Positions 39,051-55,212 of a stretch of DNA of 64,000 nt are shown here, piece by piece. This DNA is from the human T2T-CHM13v2.0 reference genome, Homo sapiens, in the NCBI RefSeq assembly GCF_009914755.1, contig NC_060928.1; one strand, 5' to 3'. Under the pieces are notes generated by a model. It was not told the DNA's origin and made no database searches. It worked only from the letters and a program-made list of their open reading frames with translations. How positions within the stretch are numbered: the first letter of the stretch is position 1; each line of letters opens with the position of its first letter. The position numbers were made by a program, and so were the translations under genes.

Positions 39051-40829
39051 TTGAAGACATTATTGTGTGGGATTGTGCTGATTTTTGTTGATAACACAAA
39101 AAACACTATGTTTTCTGGAGAGCTGTGTAAGCTGTCTTGTTGCTTAGTTGCAATATAAGAAATAGTGATGTTTTGGACGTAAGTTGTCAACAAATTTCTA
39201 TTTTATATTGTTATATTTTTATGTAGTTTGAAATGTAAAAATGTTCTAATATCAAGATTAACAAATATAAATTTATGGTGCATTTAGATTGCGTTGTATT
39301 AATTTATAAAGTATGGTGTTCATTAAATTGGTGGGTTGTATAAGGGTAGCTTTTGTTGTTAAAAAAACAGTAGAGAGTTAAGTTCCATATAGCAACAAAG
39401 TATGTTAACATCTAGGGAGTTTCTGCTTATACCACTTTAAAAATATGCAATCATAAGTGATTTGGTTACTGCAATGCAGATGGATGTTTGGATGAACAAC
39501 TGATACATTTTAGTTAGAATGCTTTTTCAGCATTATGGCTAAAATATATGTCTAACCCAGTGCTATTTAGGTGAAAATGCTAATTGATAAACCAGAAGTT
39601 TCTTTTGAGATTTGCTTTAAAGAAATGCTTTAGTAAGAATATGAACAATTTCCTGATGTCTCCTATAAATTGTGATTGTTTATTCTATTACTATTGTTAA
39701 AAACTTGAATGGTATTTATATTGGCTGATATTTATATACTTAATAGATTGAGTTCTGTAAGGGCAAAAACGGATTGAAATGAACATAGCGTTTTGCACTA
39801 ATGATAAGATAACCTGAGAGGTAGGGTTGAGGAACACAGGGTTGAAAGCTGTTGGAGAGGGGAAAAGTTGTGCATAAAGAACTGAAAAGGGTTCTGGAGT
39901 GTTCATTCAGAGTGAAGGGAAAACTTTATCCTTCTATTTCTTATAACCAGACAGGAGGAGTTCTTCCCTTTGAAAATTGCAAAAGGAATGAGAACTTTGC
40001 AGTTGGATGAATAGAGAAGGGAAAAGTTGCTGGAGCACGGAGTGAAGATGGGAGGAGCTGTTAGCAAGGCCCACTGCTGCTCCTGGGTGAGAAGGGAGCT
40101 CTGGAGCAGGACCAGCTGGGGGCCGGCACTGCTGCTTAGAGTGGAGGAGGCTGGCCAAAGAGACTGTGGGCTGTTTTCAGTCAGGGAGCATGTGCATTGT
40201 TTGTGCTCAATTTCAGACACTCATTTATAAACAAATTCAACCAAGGGATATTTACTGCTTTATGTTGCTTATGATAATTATTTTGCATTAATACAGTATA
40301 CACATTTGTAAATTCAACAGGAAATTATTGAGTTTTGGAAAGCTACAGTAATTTCTGTATTACATCATTTATATGTGAAAAGTTGGACATTTCTGTAAGT
40401 TTTTAAAATTATCCATTTGTTACTTTAACATTTTAAAATTATGGTGTTTTCCTGATTTTAAAAGCAATATTTTCCTTACTGTAAAAAAAAAAAAAAAAAG
40501 ATCGATGATAGAAAAGTATAAAGAAGAAAATAGCAAGCAGGTCAAATACTACTATCCAAAATGATCACTTTTAATATTTTAGTATGCTTTCTGCTAGATC
40601 TTTTTCTACATATTGAAGTATATTTTACATAATTGAAATCATACTATATATTCAATTTTATATCATGCTTTTTCACTTAATATAAGCATTATCCCAACAT
40701 CATTAAAACTTCATGAGCAACATTTTAATGACTGTATAATAATATGCTGTTGTATAAATTTACCATAATCTTTTGAAGTATTCTGTCATTAAACATTTGG
40801 CTGTTTCTAAATTTCTGATATGTGGAGTA

Positions 40830-41045
40830 AGAGCATTTCACATTTATTGAGCACTCTATATGCCAGGCACTGTTCTACACTCTTAATTTATATTCTCATT
40901 TAATCTTTACACCAACTCTGTCAGGTAGGTACTTTTATTATTATTACCATTTTACTGATGAAACTAAGCCCAAAAAGTCAACTTGCTGATGGTCATATAG
41001 CTAGTTAGTGATAGAGCCATGTTCTTAATTTCTAAGTCATACTGC
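40830..41045 (-). mobile_element. MIR SINE
   Basis: catttattgagcactctatatgccaggcactgttcta...ctcatttaatcttt...ccattttactgatgaaactaagccc. Confidence 0.8.
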
Positions 41046-43369
41046 ATAAAGTCTAATCAACACTTTGGTTTCCTAGGGCATATAGTTTTAGAAGTTCACA
41101 GAAAAATATAAGGATTTTTAGTTTACATTTTAATATATATGTACCTGTGTATGTATATATACACACATGTAGTCTCACAAGCCTTGGACATAACTTTTTA
41201 AGGTTTCTTATTCATATAACCATGTTGATAACCACCCTCCATTCAATGTTTGAATGTGTATGAGTGCCCTTTGACTTCACACTACCTTTTCCGAATTACC
41301 ATTTGGTTAAAACTTTGTTAATTTAATAGGTAAATATAATGTCTAATAAGGTTGGAAGGTTTTTTTCGTGTTTTCTTAGCCTTGTGTATTTTTTATTTTA
41401 GTGAATTGTTTGTTTTTGTGCCCATTAAGTTCTTGGGGTCCTACTGTTTTTCTAAATCTTTGGCACAGTTAGCTAGTCTTTGAAATATAGCTATTCTTGT
41501 ATTCTTCATTTACTAACTATTCAGTGATTTCAAAAAATGATACATGTATTTTTCATAGTGATTTTAAAAGTAAATGAAAGAAAACCTAGATTTAAGTTTT
41601 AGTCTTATTGATCTCCTGATTTGGGGTCTTGAATGGGAGAGTTTCACATTGTTTATATGGTCAAGGTGGATTTTCCCCAAAAAATTACAGGCAAGAGACA
41701 ATATAGGATCTGCTTAACTCATTCAACAAATGTTTAATAGTCTACCACATACCAAGCACCATGATAAACTCTGAAGGTATAACGACTAAGATGACAGGTG
41801 CCTTCTTTAAAGGAACTTGCTATCTAATAGAGGAGACAGATCAGTCAAAAGTCCTTGTAATGAGTGGAGTGATAGAAATGAAAAGCGAATATTGGGGAGG
41901 TGGGGCCCAGTGGGGAGAGGGATTGTATAGTTCAAAAGTATTTATTAAATCAAGGATAATTTAATGGTGCTGTTTTGTTGAGGACATGGAGAGATTGGCT
42001 GTGACAGAAACGTATAGGACCAAGGGCAAGTTAGTTTTAGGGTTTCTACTCACTAGTGGCCTGGTTCTGCCAAATGAGCTTGTAGTTACTGAGCTCCAGG
42101 GAAACACCTGCTGCTAGCTGTGGGGGTGCTTATTTTGGAGCAAAGTGTTTGCCAGAAACACCGCATTTGAGCAATCTCATGTAAGCCTGGATAGTACAGA
42201 TTAAAGACAGTTCATCCCCTCTCAAACAGTGTCTTTGTTGAAAGACACTGTCCTTCAGATTTGTCAGGGTAGCCCTGATGCTATCTTCAATCAGCTGATG
42301 TCAAGTGAGCTTCCGGCCAAATTTCAGGATTTGACCTCAGTCCCGTGATTGGGCTTTTCTGGGTATCTACAAAGTCTCTGAAGTGGCTCTCAAAGGGTCC
42401 TCTCTAGGGCAGTGTTCCATATAGGCCCAGATAGGAGATCATGGAGAAGCCTCAGTCCACATCTTGATTTCCTGTTAGTGTGATGGGATTGAGACAAACG
42501 CCTTACAGTCTTTCATGAGTTGCAGCATTTTGATGGCCAGAGTCTCCAGCAGTGAAGCAATACAATTTTTACTAGATATGTTGCAGTATCTTCATTAACC
42601 TCCAAAAGTAAGGGAGAGCAGCCAGCTAAAGGGAAGGAGGGCGATTCACCTTCTGCTGGTGAGAGCTGCTCTGCCCCAGGAAGTCACAGTGGCTCAGCCA
42701 TTCTCAATCACCAGACCTTGAAGCAACAGCCAAGCATCCGCTTCCCACATGGTGCTGTTTTGCCCTGCCAGGTTCTAGTTCCCTATAAAAGTAGAACTCT
42801 AAGAAATCTTATGTGGGTCAAAATAGTTCATCTCTTGCTTCAGATTTGCTCAGTTTGATATGGCTTTTATTGCTAGCAGCCATCCAGTGTTGCAGTTCTC
42901 ATTCTTAAAAACATCCTCTGTGTACTCCTTAAAGCACCACCTCTTTAATGGAGGCATCTTAGCTCTAAAATATCTACATAAGCTAATTTTCCCATGTGTG
43001 AAAACATCAACTGCTGAATTATTTCTACAGACCTCTGGCTTCTTAGGGTGTGGTGGCATCAGATTTTAGGGAAATTTAAGGTCACCAGCTCTGAGGTACT
43101 GGAAAACGTTTACAGAATAAGAAATGTGGCTTTTTTGCTTGATTGTTCTCCACAAAAAAAGCTTTCTGTTACTTAAGATGTGTATCTGTAGCAAAAAGTA
43201 CAATGACAAATTAAAAAGGGGTGTTGGGTGTGTGGGGTGTAAAACGGAGCCTGGGTGCAACAGTGAACTGCTCTACTAGAGGTTGCCTTTGACTTAAAGG
43301 TAAGAAAATGAACCTGTAAATAGGCCTGGGCATGAGACCTTGGGAAGGAGAGAGGAGGGGAAGGGTACA

Positions 43370-44690
<1,321 letters not shown>

Positions 44691-45374
44691 GACAGTATTG
44701 CTGCCTTCCACCTCCAGGTTGGTAAAGGCCATTGCAAATGGAATGACCAGAAAACAGTTCAAGAGTATTATCCAATACAAGTGAGTGTTATTTTCACTTG
44801 TATATACTCTATTTTCATTGTCTTACAGGAGGATTCCAAGAAAAGAGGAGATCAAAGTGGCATAAAGTGACCAGTATGTCCAGTATGTTTTCTTGGAGAA
44901 ATATATTTTTAGAGCTGAACACTGAAGGATGAGTGATATCTGAATAGACTCAATAGGAGGAACACATTCTTTCAGGTTTTTGCTTAGTAAAGAGATTTAG
45001 CCTATCCACTCTTGGTCTCTACCACCTCTCCTGCACTCAGCATTTAATGGCTATACTACATATCTGATAATTAATGTGATTTCTTACATTATTCAATCTT
45101 ATTTTAATAATTATTGAATAGTGAGAGAATACAATGTGCTGTGTGCAGGGCAAACAATACAAGAAGCACAGCCCTTTCCTACTTTGTTGAACAAATTCAC
45201 AAGTAATTAAATTACCATGCTTGTTATTAGTGCTATGAAAAAAGGGTTCACAGGGCTGTGAGACTACTTAAAGGGGGCCTAACAACTTGAAGGCAGGGAC
45301 AGGCTTTGCTGAAGAAGTGGCTTTTTTGCTAAAGAGAGAAGAGTGGAAAGCACAACTTTGACCTCAGGGTTTTT

Positions 45375-45760
45375 GACAGTATCGCATTCAGCTGCAAGTC
45401 ACAGAAAACTAAGCAGACTTACCCATCCTGAATTGCCTGATGGCCCAAGGTAACCGCTGACATCACATTCATATGGCAGGAAGAAGAAGGGCAAAGGCAG
45501 GATGGTGTGTGCCAGTGATGCTACTCCCTTGTAAAGAGCTTTTTGCGAAGCCTCACCCGACAGCCTCACTTTTCAGCTTGTTGGCCAGAACTGAGATGCC
45601 ATGTAGTCATCGTCAGCTACAGAAGCTGATAAATATAGCAGGTTAGCACTGATTCATTGCTTGACTGATTGTATGCTTCTGCCCTCAAACACAATTGGGG
45701 TTCTACTGATAAGAAAGAAGGAGGGAGTGGGTTTTGAGTAGAGTTAGAAATGTATGCCAC
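45375..45760 (-). mobile_element. Old MaLR LTR (MLT1J/K-like)
   Basis: cattcagctgcaagtcacagaaaact...ttggccagaactgag...; ends atgccaca. Confidence 0.55.
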
Positions 45761-45818
45761 AGGCACAAGCCGAGTTCTCATGTTTAGCTTTACCTGGGAA
45801 CTCTGCTCTTCAGGACAA

Positions 45819-45863
45819 GTGTGTGTGCGTGTGCATGTATGCACGTGCGTGTGCATGTGTGTG
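45819..45863. repeat. Imperfect (TG)n / alternating purine-pyrimidine tract
   Basis: gtgtgtgtgcgtgtgcatgtatgcacgtgcgtgtgcatgtgtgtg. Confidence 0.85.
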
Positions 45864-45919
45864 AATGCAGGGGTGTCAATGGACACTTGCTTGGCCTTGA
45901 GATAAATTTTAAAATATTT

Positions 45920-46270
45920 GCGTTTCTATCATGGGCCAGAAATCTTTCTAGATGCCAGGAGTATAGCAGTAAACAAAACAGAAAAAAGCCCCTCACCCTT
46001 GGGGCTTACATGCTAGTGGTGCAGACAGTAATCAAACAAAATATGCAATATGTTAGACGAAGGTAATAGGGAGTGCCCAGGTAGTGATGGTGGAGATGGT
46101 GGGTCTCAGTTTTAACTTGGGTGGTCAGAGAAGACCTGTGTTAAGTAGATGGTGGCATCTGAGTAATGAGATGAAGGAAGTGAGTGACAGTCATGGAAAT
46201 AGCTAGAAAAGAACATCCCAGGCAGAGATGGAACAGTCAGGAGCAACAGGTACAAAGGCTTTGGGTTTCC
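45920..46270 (-). mobile_element. L2 fragment
   Basis: gcagtaaacaaaacagaaaaaagcccctcacccttggggcttacatgctagtgg...ggtggtcagagaagacct. Confidence 0.65.
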
Positions 46271-46509
46271 TTTGTATTCCTGGTGTATGTTTGTTTAATG
46301 GATTCTCAATTTTTAAAAACATTATGTCTTCCTGTGGACATGGGTACAGTTTTACTACGTGTAGAAGGGAACCTCTGTAGTGGTACCTAGGGCTTTCCTC
46401 CCCCTTTGGAAAAAACAAAGTGTCTGAATGCTCATCTTGATAAATCGTTAAGTGCCTTTTCCCACTTCTCTCCCTCTCCTGAATCCTGTTTCCTTATTTT
46501 GGGGGGATT

Positions 46510-46750
46510 ATGTGCTGTAGTAATTATGAAAATAGACTTCGGAGTCTGATAGTTCTCAGCATGAGACCCCTGGCGTTTCTTACCTATGACATGGGACAAA
46601 TAACTTACCTCTCAGAGCCTGTTTTCTTATGGATGAAGTAGGGATGCTAATAATGCTGCTTCACTATTGCTGTGGGTATTACATGAGATGATGCCTGAGA
46701 AAGGCTTACCACAGTGCTGGGTCCCTCTCAAGTGTGTCCTTTGCAAGTAA
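46510..46750 (+). mobile_element. MIR SINE
   Basis: atgggacaaataacttacctctcagagcctgttttcttatggatgaagtagggatgctaataat...attacatgagatgatg. Confidence 0.7.
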
Positions 46751-46988
46751 GTCCACTGAACCCTTCTCCCCCTCCCTGTGATCTTCAGCCCTGTGTCACA
46801 TGGAGTGTCTTGGGGGTAGGTCAAATGCTGATTCTATGAAAAAAGCACCTCTTAACTCCTTACCAGTGTGTGAGAGCTCCATGTCACACTGATGTTCTTC
46901 AATGAAGTTGTATTTCCCAGCCTGTTCCGGCATCCCATCCCAAAGTCTTTTCAGAGGTTGAGATAAGACCTTTGTATTACTTGAGTGA

Positions 46989-47442
<454 letters not shown>

Positions 47443-47785
47443 TCATGGATCCTACTCTTGATATCACCCACGTTTTCTGTGTCCATTTTCCATACACTGG
47501 CTTTCCTTCCTATGTTGACCTACCTCAATCCCACAGCACATCACTGCAATCATCCCAACTTTTCCCACACATCCCTGATTTCCCGTCACAGATGAGTACA
47601 GCCAACTCTCTTTTTACCCGTACTCCCCGGTTTTTCCAATAAGATCCCTTTCCTGTTTCCATCAGTGAATATTCAAATCCATATGATCTCTTCACATCGG
47701 GTGCTGCACCGCCCAATCCTGACTCTCAGTAAGACTGCTCATTTGGTATGAACGTCTTCAAATTCTTGCCCTTAACTTACAAAAT

Positions 47786-47808
47786 TGTGTGTGTGTGTGT
47801 GTGTGTGT
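47786..47808. repeat. (TG)n microsatellite, about 11 units
   Basis: tgtgtgtgtgtgtgtgtgtgtgt. Confidence 0.9.
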
Positions 47809-50406
47809 ATACACATACAGCCAGCCTTTCTTCCTTTCTTCACTATCAGAGGAAAAGTTATTTTTGTAACCAAGAGTCATCCAGACATTCATGTTTTGAA
47901 TTTTTTGCCCTCCTGCTCTTTCTGGGATTTGATTCATTAATTGTCTCATCTTTACTGTTTCTCTAACATCTCTCTTTCCATGGCTTTTTTTCACATTATG
48001 AAATAAGCTCAAATCTTTATCTTAAAAGAAAAAAATTCTTTACTCTCTTGCTTTCATATCTCATCCAAGCATCTAGGAAGATAGCCAATGATTATATATC
48101 TAAGTTTTTTTTTTTTAAGGGAAGTGATGTCAAAGAATCATTAAACTCATTAATGAAAGGGCCAGCAGCATGGTAAAGCTGAATTAAAGAAAACCTAAAG
48201 GACTGGGCATATAAAGTCATTGGAATAAGATAGTTTAATTACATACAAAATAAACCATAACCTTATAATATTTTTGTTTGCATCTCTCCAGGGATGAGTT
48301 TCATTTTCCTTCCTATTGAACAAGAATAACTTATATTTCTGTCAGCTTTCTTTCCAATTAATATCCACCCTTACAAAGTTGAAAAATATCCTAAATAGTA
48401 AATAGCAAGTCAAATAAAGGCATACACTCCTAGAGAATCAGAACTCTGGGCAGGCCTACTATGCAATGTTCAACACAACACTAAAAGGACATGTAAAAAT
48501 CTCTTTTGCTTAATTCCAGGTTTTGGACACTGTTTTTTTTTAGGAAAATAAAAAGTTTATTTAATCTAGATAAAAGATAGCTATGGAGCTACTCAGTAAA
48601 ATGTTCAAATGTGTACCAATGTGGACAGGAGAAAGGTGAGTTGCTGCCACTGCTGCTGATTTTGCACGTCAGTTTCCAGGAAGATCTTAGAAGAAAGTAC
48701 AGGCGACTCTAGGTCAGAGACCACTAAATGGAAATTCTTCCAAAAGATGAAAAGATGACATGAGGTAAGGGAGAAGGATGGCCTCATAAGCTTCTTTCCA
48801 GTTCAAAATTCTCTGAGATGAAGCAACTTGCAAGTTGTTTTATGACTGAAATGTAGAGTTGAGGAGCCACTCCATGAATCCTAGCAGCCAGCCAAAGTCC
48901 ACTGCTCAATAAAGGAAATCTGAATTCAGACCAACACAGCCACTTAGAGAAAACCGTTTCCCCACCTGACATCCATGTCTGTCCATACTCCAAATTTGGA
49001 GGGGGCAGGTGTTAGGCTTCTATGTCAATTTCTTTTTGAAATATATTTTTTATTTCAGTGGGTTTTGGGAGAACAGGTGGTGTTTGGTTACATGTATAAG
49101 TTCTTTAGTGGTGATTTCAGAAATTTTGGTGCACCCACCCCCCGAGCCGTGTACACTGTACCCAATTTGCAGTCTTTTATCCTCCTCCACCGCCACACTT
49201 CCCTCTGAGTCCCTGTAGTCCATTAAATCATTCTTGTGCCTTTGCATCCTCATGCCTTTGCATCCTCATAGCTTAGCTCCTACTTAAAAGTGAGAACATA
49301 GGCTGTTTGGTTTTCCATTCCTAATTACTTCACTTAGAATAATGGTCTCCCTCTCCATCTAGGTTGCTGCAAATGCCATTGTTTCATTCCTTTTTATGGC
49401 TGGTATATATTCCATGGTATATATATACCACATTTTTCTTTATTCACTCATTGTGAGCTGGTTCCATATTTTTGCAGTTGTGAATTGTGCTGCTATAAAC
49501 ATGTGTGCGTGTGTCTTTTTCATATAATGACTTCTTTTCCTCTAGGTAGACACCCAGTAGTGGGATTGCTGGATCAAATGGTAGTTCTACTTTTAGTTCT
49601 TTAAGGAATCTCCACACTGTTTTCCATAATGGTTGTACTAGTTTACATTCCCACCAGCAGTGTAAAAGTGTTCCCTTTTAACCATATCCATGCCAACATA
49701 TATTATTCTTTTGGTTTTTTAATCATGGCCATTCTTGCATCAGTAAGGTGGTATCACATTGTGGTTTTGATTTGCATTTCCCTGATCATTAGTGATGTCA
49801 AGCATTTTTTATGTTTGTTGGCCATTTGTATATCTTCTTTTGAGAATTGTCTATTCATGTCCTTAGCCCACTTTTTGATGGGATTATTTGTTTTTTTTCT
49901 TGGAGACTTGCTTGAGTTCCTTGTAGATTCTGGATATTAGTCCTTTGTCAGATGCACAATTTGCGAAGATTTCCTCCCACTCTGTGGGTTGCCTGTTAAC
50001 TCTGCTGATTATTTCTTTTGCTGTGCAGAAGCTTTTTAGTTTAATTAAGTGCCATCTATTTATCTTTGTTTATGTTGCATTTGCCTTTGGGTTTTTGATC
50101 ATGAAGTCTTTGCCTAAGCTGATATCTAGAGGATTTTTCTGTTATCTTCTAGACTATTTTTGGTTTCAGGTCTTAGATTTAAGTCTTTGATCCATCTTGA
50201 GTTGATTCTTGTATAAAGTGAGAAATGAGGATCCAGTTTCATTCTTGTAGATGTGGCTTACCAATTATCCCAGAACCATTTGTTGAATAGGTTGTCTTTT
50301 CCCTATTTTATTATGTTTTTGTTTGCTTTTTGAAGATCAGTTGGCTGTAAGTATTTGGCTTTATTTCTGGGTTCTCTATTCTGTTCCATTGGTTTATGTG
50401 CCTATT

Positions 50407-50427
50407 ATTATTATTATTTCTAAATTT

Positions 50428-50470
<43 letters not shown>

Positions 50471-50752
50471 TTTTTGAGACAGAGTCTCTGTTGCCCAGGT
50501 TGGAGGGCATTGGTGCCATCTCAGCTCAGTGCAAACTCCGCCTCCCGGATTCAAGAGATTCTCATGCCTCAGCCTCCTGAGTAGCTGGGATGCAGGTGCC
50601 CACCACCACGCCAGGCTATTTTTTGTATTTTTAGTAGAGATGGGGTTTCAACATGTTGGCCAGGCTAGTCTTGAACTCGCACCCTCAGGTGATCCTCCCT
50701 CCTTGGCTTCCCAAAGTGCTGGGATTACAGGAGTGAGCCGCTGCACTCAGCC
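50407..50752 (-). mobile_element. Alu (AluS/J) inserted in L1PB with (TTTA)n tail
   Basis: reverse Alu consensus; TSD TATGTGCCTATT on both sides. Confidence 0.93.
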
Positions 50753-53700
50753 ATATGTGCCTATTTTTATACCAGTACCATGCTGTTTTGGTGACTATTG
50801 CCTTATAGTATAGTTTGAAGTTGGGTAATGTGATGGCTCCAGCTTTTTTCTTTTTGCTTAGTCTTGCTTTGGCTATGTGGCCTCATTTTTAGTTCCATAT
50901 GTATTTTAGGGTTGTTTTTTCTAGTTCTATGAAGAATGATGATGGTATTTTGATGGGAACTGCATTGAATTTGTAGATTGCTTTTGGCAGTATGGTCATT
51001 TTCACAATATTGATTCTACCCATCCGTGAGTATGGGGTGTGTTTTCATTTGTTTGTATAATCTATGATTTCTTTCAACAGTGTTTTGTAGTTTTCCTTGT
51101 AGAGGTCTTTCACCTCCTTGGTTACTTATATTCTTAAGTATTTTATTTTATTTTGCAGCCATTGTAAAAGGAATTGATTTCTTGATTTGATTCTCAGCTT
51201 GGTTGCTGTTGGTGTATAGCAGTGCTACTGATTTGCATACCTTGATTTTGTATCCTGAAACTTTGCTGAATTCATTTATCAGTTCTAGAAGCTTTTTGGA
51301 TGTGTGTTTGGGGTTTTCTAGGTATATGATCATATCATTGGCAAACAGCGAGAGTTTGACTTCCTCTTTACCTATTTGAATGCTCTTTATTTCTTTCTCT
51401 TGTCTGATTGCTCTGGCTAGGACTTCCGGAGCTATGTTGAATAGAAGTGGTGAAAGTGGTCATCCTTGTCTTGTTCCAGTTCTCCAGCGGAATAGTTTCA
51501 ACTTTTCCCCATTCAGTATAATGTTGGCTGTGGGTTTGTCATCGATAGCTTTTATTACCTTAAGGTTTGTCCTTTCTATGTTGATTTTGTTGAAGGTTTT
51601 AATCATAAAGTGATGCTAGATTTTGTCAAATGCTTTTTCTGTGTCTATTGAGATGATCATGTGATTTTTGTTTTTGATTCTGTTTATGTGGGGTATCACA
51701 TTTATTCACTTGCATATGTTAAACCATCCCTGCATTCTTGGTATGAAACCCACTTGATCATGGTGGATTATCTTTTTGATATGCTGTTGGACTCAGCTAG
51801 TATTTTGTTGAGGACTTGTGCATCTATGTTCATCTGAGATATTGGTATGTAGTTTTCTCTTTTTTGTTATGTCCTTTCCTGATGTTGGTATTAGTGTGAT
51901 ACTGGCTTCATAGAATGATTTAGGGATGATTCCTCTTTCTTTATATTTTGGAATAGTTTCAATGGAATTAGTACCAATTCTTCCTTGAATGTCTGATAGA
52001 ATTCAGCTGTGAATCCATTTGGTCCTGGACTATGTTTTGTTGACAATTTTTTATTACCATTTCAATCTCACTGCTTGTTATTGATCTGTTCAGAGTTTCT
52101 ATTTCTTCCTGGTTTAATCTAGGAGGGTGGTATATTTCCAGGAATTTATCCATCTTCTCTAGGTTTTCTAGTTTGTGCTTGTGAAGGTATTCATAGTAGC
52201 CTTGAATGATCTTTTGTATTTCTGTGTTATCAGTTGTAATATCTCCCGTTTCATTTCTACATGAGCTTATTTGGATCTTGTGTCTTCTTTTCTTGGTTAA
52301 TCTCACTAATGGTCTATCAATTTTATTTATCTTTTCAAATAACCAGCTTTTTATTTCATTTATCTTTTGTATTTTTTTGTTTCAATTTCATTCAGTTCTG
52401 CTCTGATGTTGGCTATTTCTATTTTTCTGCTGGGTTTAGGTTTGGTTTGTTCTTGTTTCTCTAGTTCCTTGAGGTGTGACCTTAGATTGTCTGTTTGTGC
52501 TCTTTCAGACTTTGTGATATAGGCATTTAATGCTATGAACTTTCCTCTTAGCCCTGCTTTTGCTATATCCCAGAGGTTATGATGGATTGTGTCACTATTA
52601 TTCAGTTCAAGGAGTTTTTTAAATTTCCTTTTTGATTTTAAGATCATTGACCCAATGATCATTGAGGAGAGGATTATTTAATTTCCATATATTTGCATGG
52701 TTTTGAGGTTACCTTTTGGAGTTGATTTTCAGTTTTATTCTACTGTGGTCTGATAGAGTACTTGATATAATTTTGATTTTCTTAAATTTGTTGAGACTTG
52801 TTTTGTGGCCTATCATATGGTCTATCTTGTAGACCATATGCTGATGTTCTATGTGCTGATGAATAGAATGTATATTCTGCAGTTGTTAGGTGGAATGTTC
52901 TGTAAAAATCTCTTAAGTCCATTTGTGGCAGGGTATAGTTTAAATCCATTGTTTCTTTGTTGACTTTCTGTCTTGATGACCTGCCTAGTGCTGTCAGTGG
53001 AGTATTGAAATTCCCCACTATTATTGTGTGTCAATCTATCTCATTTCTTAGGTCTAGTAGTAAATGTTTTATAAATTTGGGAGCTCCAGTATTTGGTGCA
53101 TATATATTTAGGATTGTGATCTTTGCCTGTTGGACTAGTCCTTTTATCATTATATAATGTCCCTCTTTGAGTTTTTTTAGCTGTTGTTGCTTTAAAGTCT
53201 GTTTTTGTCTGTTATGAGAATAGCTACTCTTGCTTGCTTTTGGTGTCCATTTGCATGGAATATCTTTTTCCACCTTTACCCTGAAGGTTATATTTACCTT
53301 AAGTTTATGTGAGTCCTTGTGTGTTAGGTGAGTTTCTGGAAGACAGCAGATACTTGTGAATTTCTGTGAATTCTTATCCATTCTGCCATTCTACATCAGT
53401 ATTGAGATGTGAGATGCTATTCTGTTCATATTACTAGTTGTTGCCCAAATACCTTGGTTTTTTTTTTTCCATTGAGCTATTGTTTTATAGGCCCTGTGGG
53501 ATTTATGCCTTATGGAAGTTCTATTTTGGTATATTTTGAGACTTTGTTTCAAGACTTAGAGCTCCTTTTAGCAGTTCTTGTAGTGCTAGCTTGGTAGTGG
53601 TGAATTCTCTCAGCACTTGTTTGTCTGAAAAAGACTTTATCTTTCCCTTATTTATGAAACTTAGTTTCACTGGATACAGGATGATTCGGTGACAATGGTT

Positions 53701-54821
53701 TTGTTTAAAGATGCTAAAGATAGGACCCTACTCTCTCCTAGCTTGTAGGGTTTCTGCTGAGAAATCTGCCGTTAATCTGATAATCCTTTATAGATTACCT
53801 GATGCTTTTGCCTCACAGCTCTTAAGATTCTTTCCTTTGTCTTGACTTTAGATAATCTGATGACTATATGTCTAGGTGATGATCTTTTTGCAATGAATTA
53901 CCCAGAGGTTCTTTGAGCTTATTCTATTTGGATGTCTAGCTGTCTAGTAAGGCCAGGGAAGTTTTCCTCAACCATTCCCTCAAATAAGTTTTCTAGACTT
54001 TTAGATTTTTCGTCTTTGTCAGGAACACCAATTATTCTTAGATTTGGTTATTTAACATAATCCCAAACTTCTTGGAGGCTTTGTTCGTTTCTTTTGATTC
54101 TTTTCTCTTTGTCTTTGTCAGATTGGTTAATTTGAAAGACTTGTCTTTGAGCTCTGAAGTTCTTTCTTCTACTTGTTCAATTCTATTGTTGAAACTTTGC
54201 GGTGTATTTTGCATTTTTCTGTGTTTCTTTGTTTCCAGAAATTGTGATTGTTTTCTATTGGTGCTATTTATTTCTCTGGAGATTGTCCTGGTCCATATTC
54301 TGTATTATTTAAAAAATTTATTTAAATTGGTTTTCACCTTTCTCTGATTCCTCTTTGAATAGCTTAATAATCGAACTTAGGAATTCTTTTTCTTGCAACT
54401 CAGAAATTTCTTGATTTGGATCCATTGCGCATGAGCTAGTCTGATCTTTTAGGGGTGTTAAAAACCTTTCTTCATCATATTACCAGATTTGTTTTTCTGC
54501 TTCCTTCTTATTTGGGTAGACTATGTCAGAGGAAAGATCTGGTGTTCAAGGGCTGCTGTTCAGATTCTTTTGTCCCATTGGGTGGTCCCTTGATGTGGCC
54601 CTCTCCCCCTTCCACTAGGGCTGGGGCTTCCTGAGAACCAGACTACAGTGATTGTTATTGCTTTTCTGGGTCTACCACACAGCAGAGCTATAGGGCTCTG
54701 GGTTGGTACTGGACAGTGTCTGTAAAGAGTTCTGTAATGTGATTCATCTTCAAGTTTTTCAGCGGTGGATATTAGCATTTGCTCTGGTGGAGGTAGCAGG
54801 GGAGTGAAGTGGACTCTCTGA

Positions 54822-55212
<391 letters not shown>

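Larger units (their letters stand above)
38098..40482 (+). other. STIM2: STIM2 3'UTR (3' end uncertain)
   Basis: follows the stop codon; AU-rich and largely repeat-free; candidate PAS AATAAA 39045-39050 and ATTAAA 39322-39327; genomic A17 at 40483-40499. Confidence 0.7.

Noticed and set aside
39903-40230. Overlapping ORFs in a GC-richer 3'UTR segment
   Set aside because: Short, no homology recognised, explained by local composition
49238-49269. Tandem GCCTTTGCATCCTCAT duplication
   Set aside because: Slippage duplication inside the L1 3'UTR, no functional implication
51148-53381. RT/endonuclease-like ORF fragments as a novel retro-system (also 5255-6394)
   Set aside because: Ordinary LINE-1 ORF2 remnants broken by stops and frameshifts
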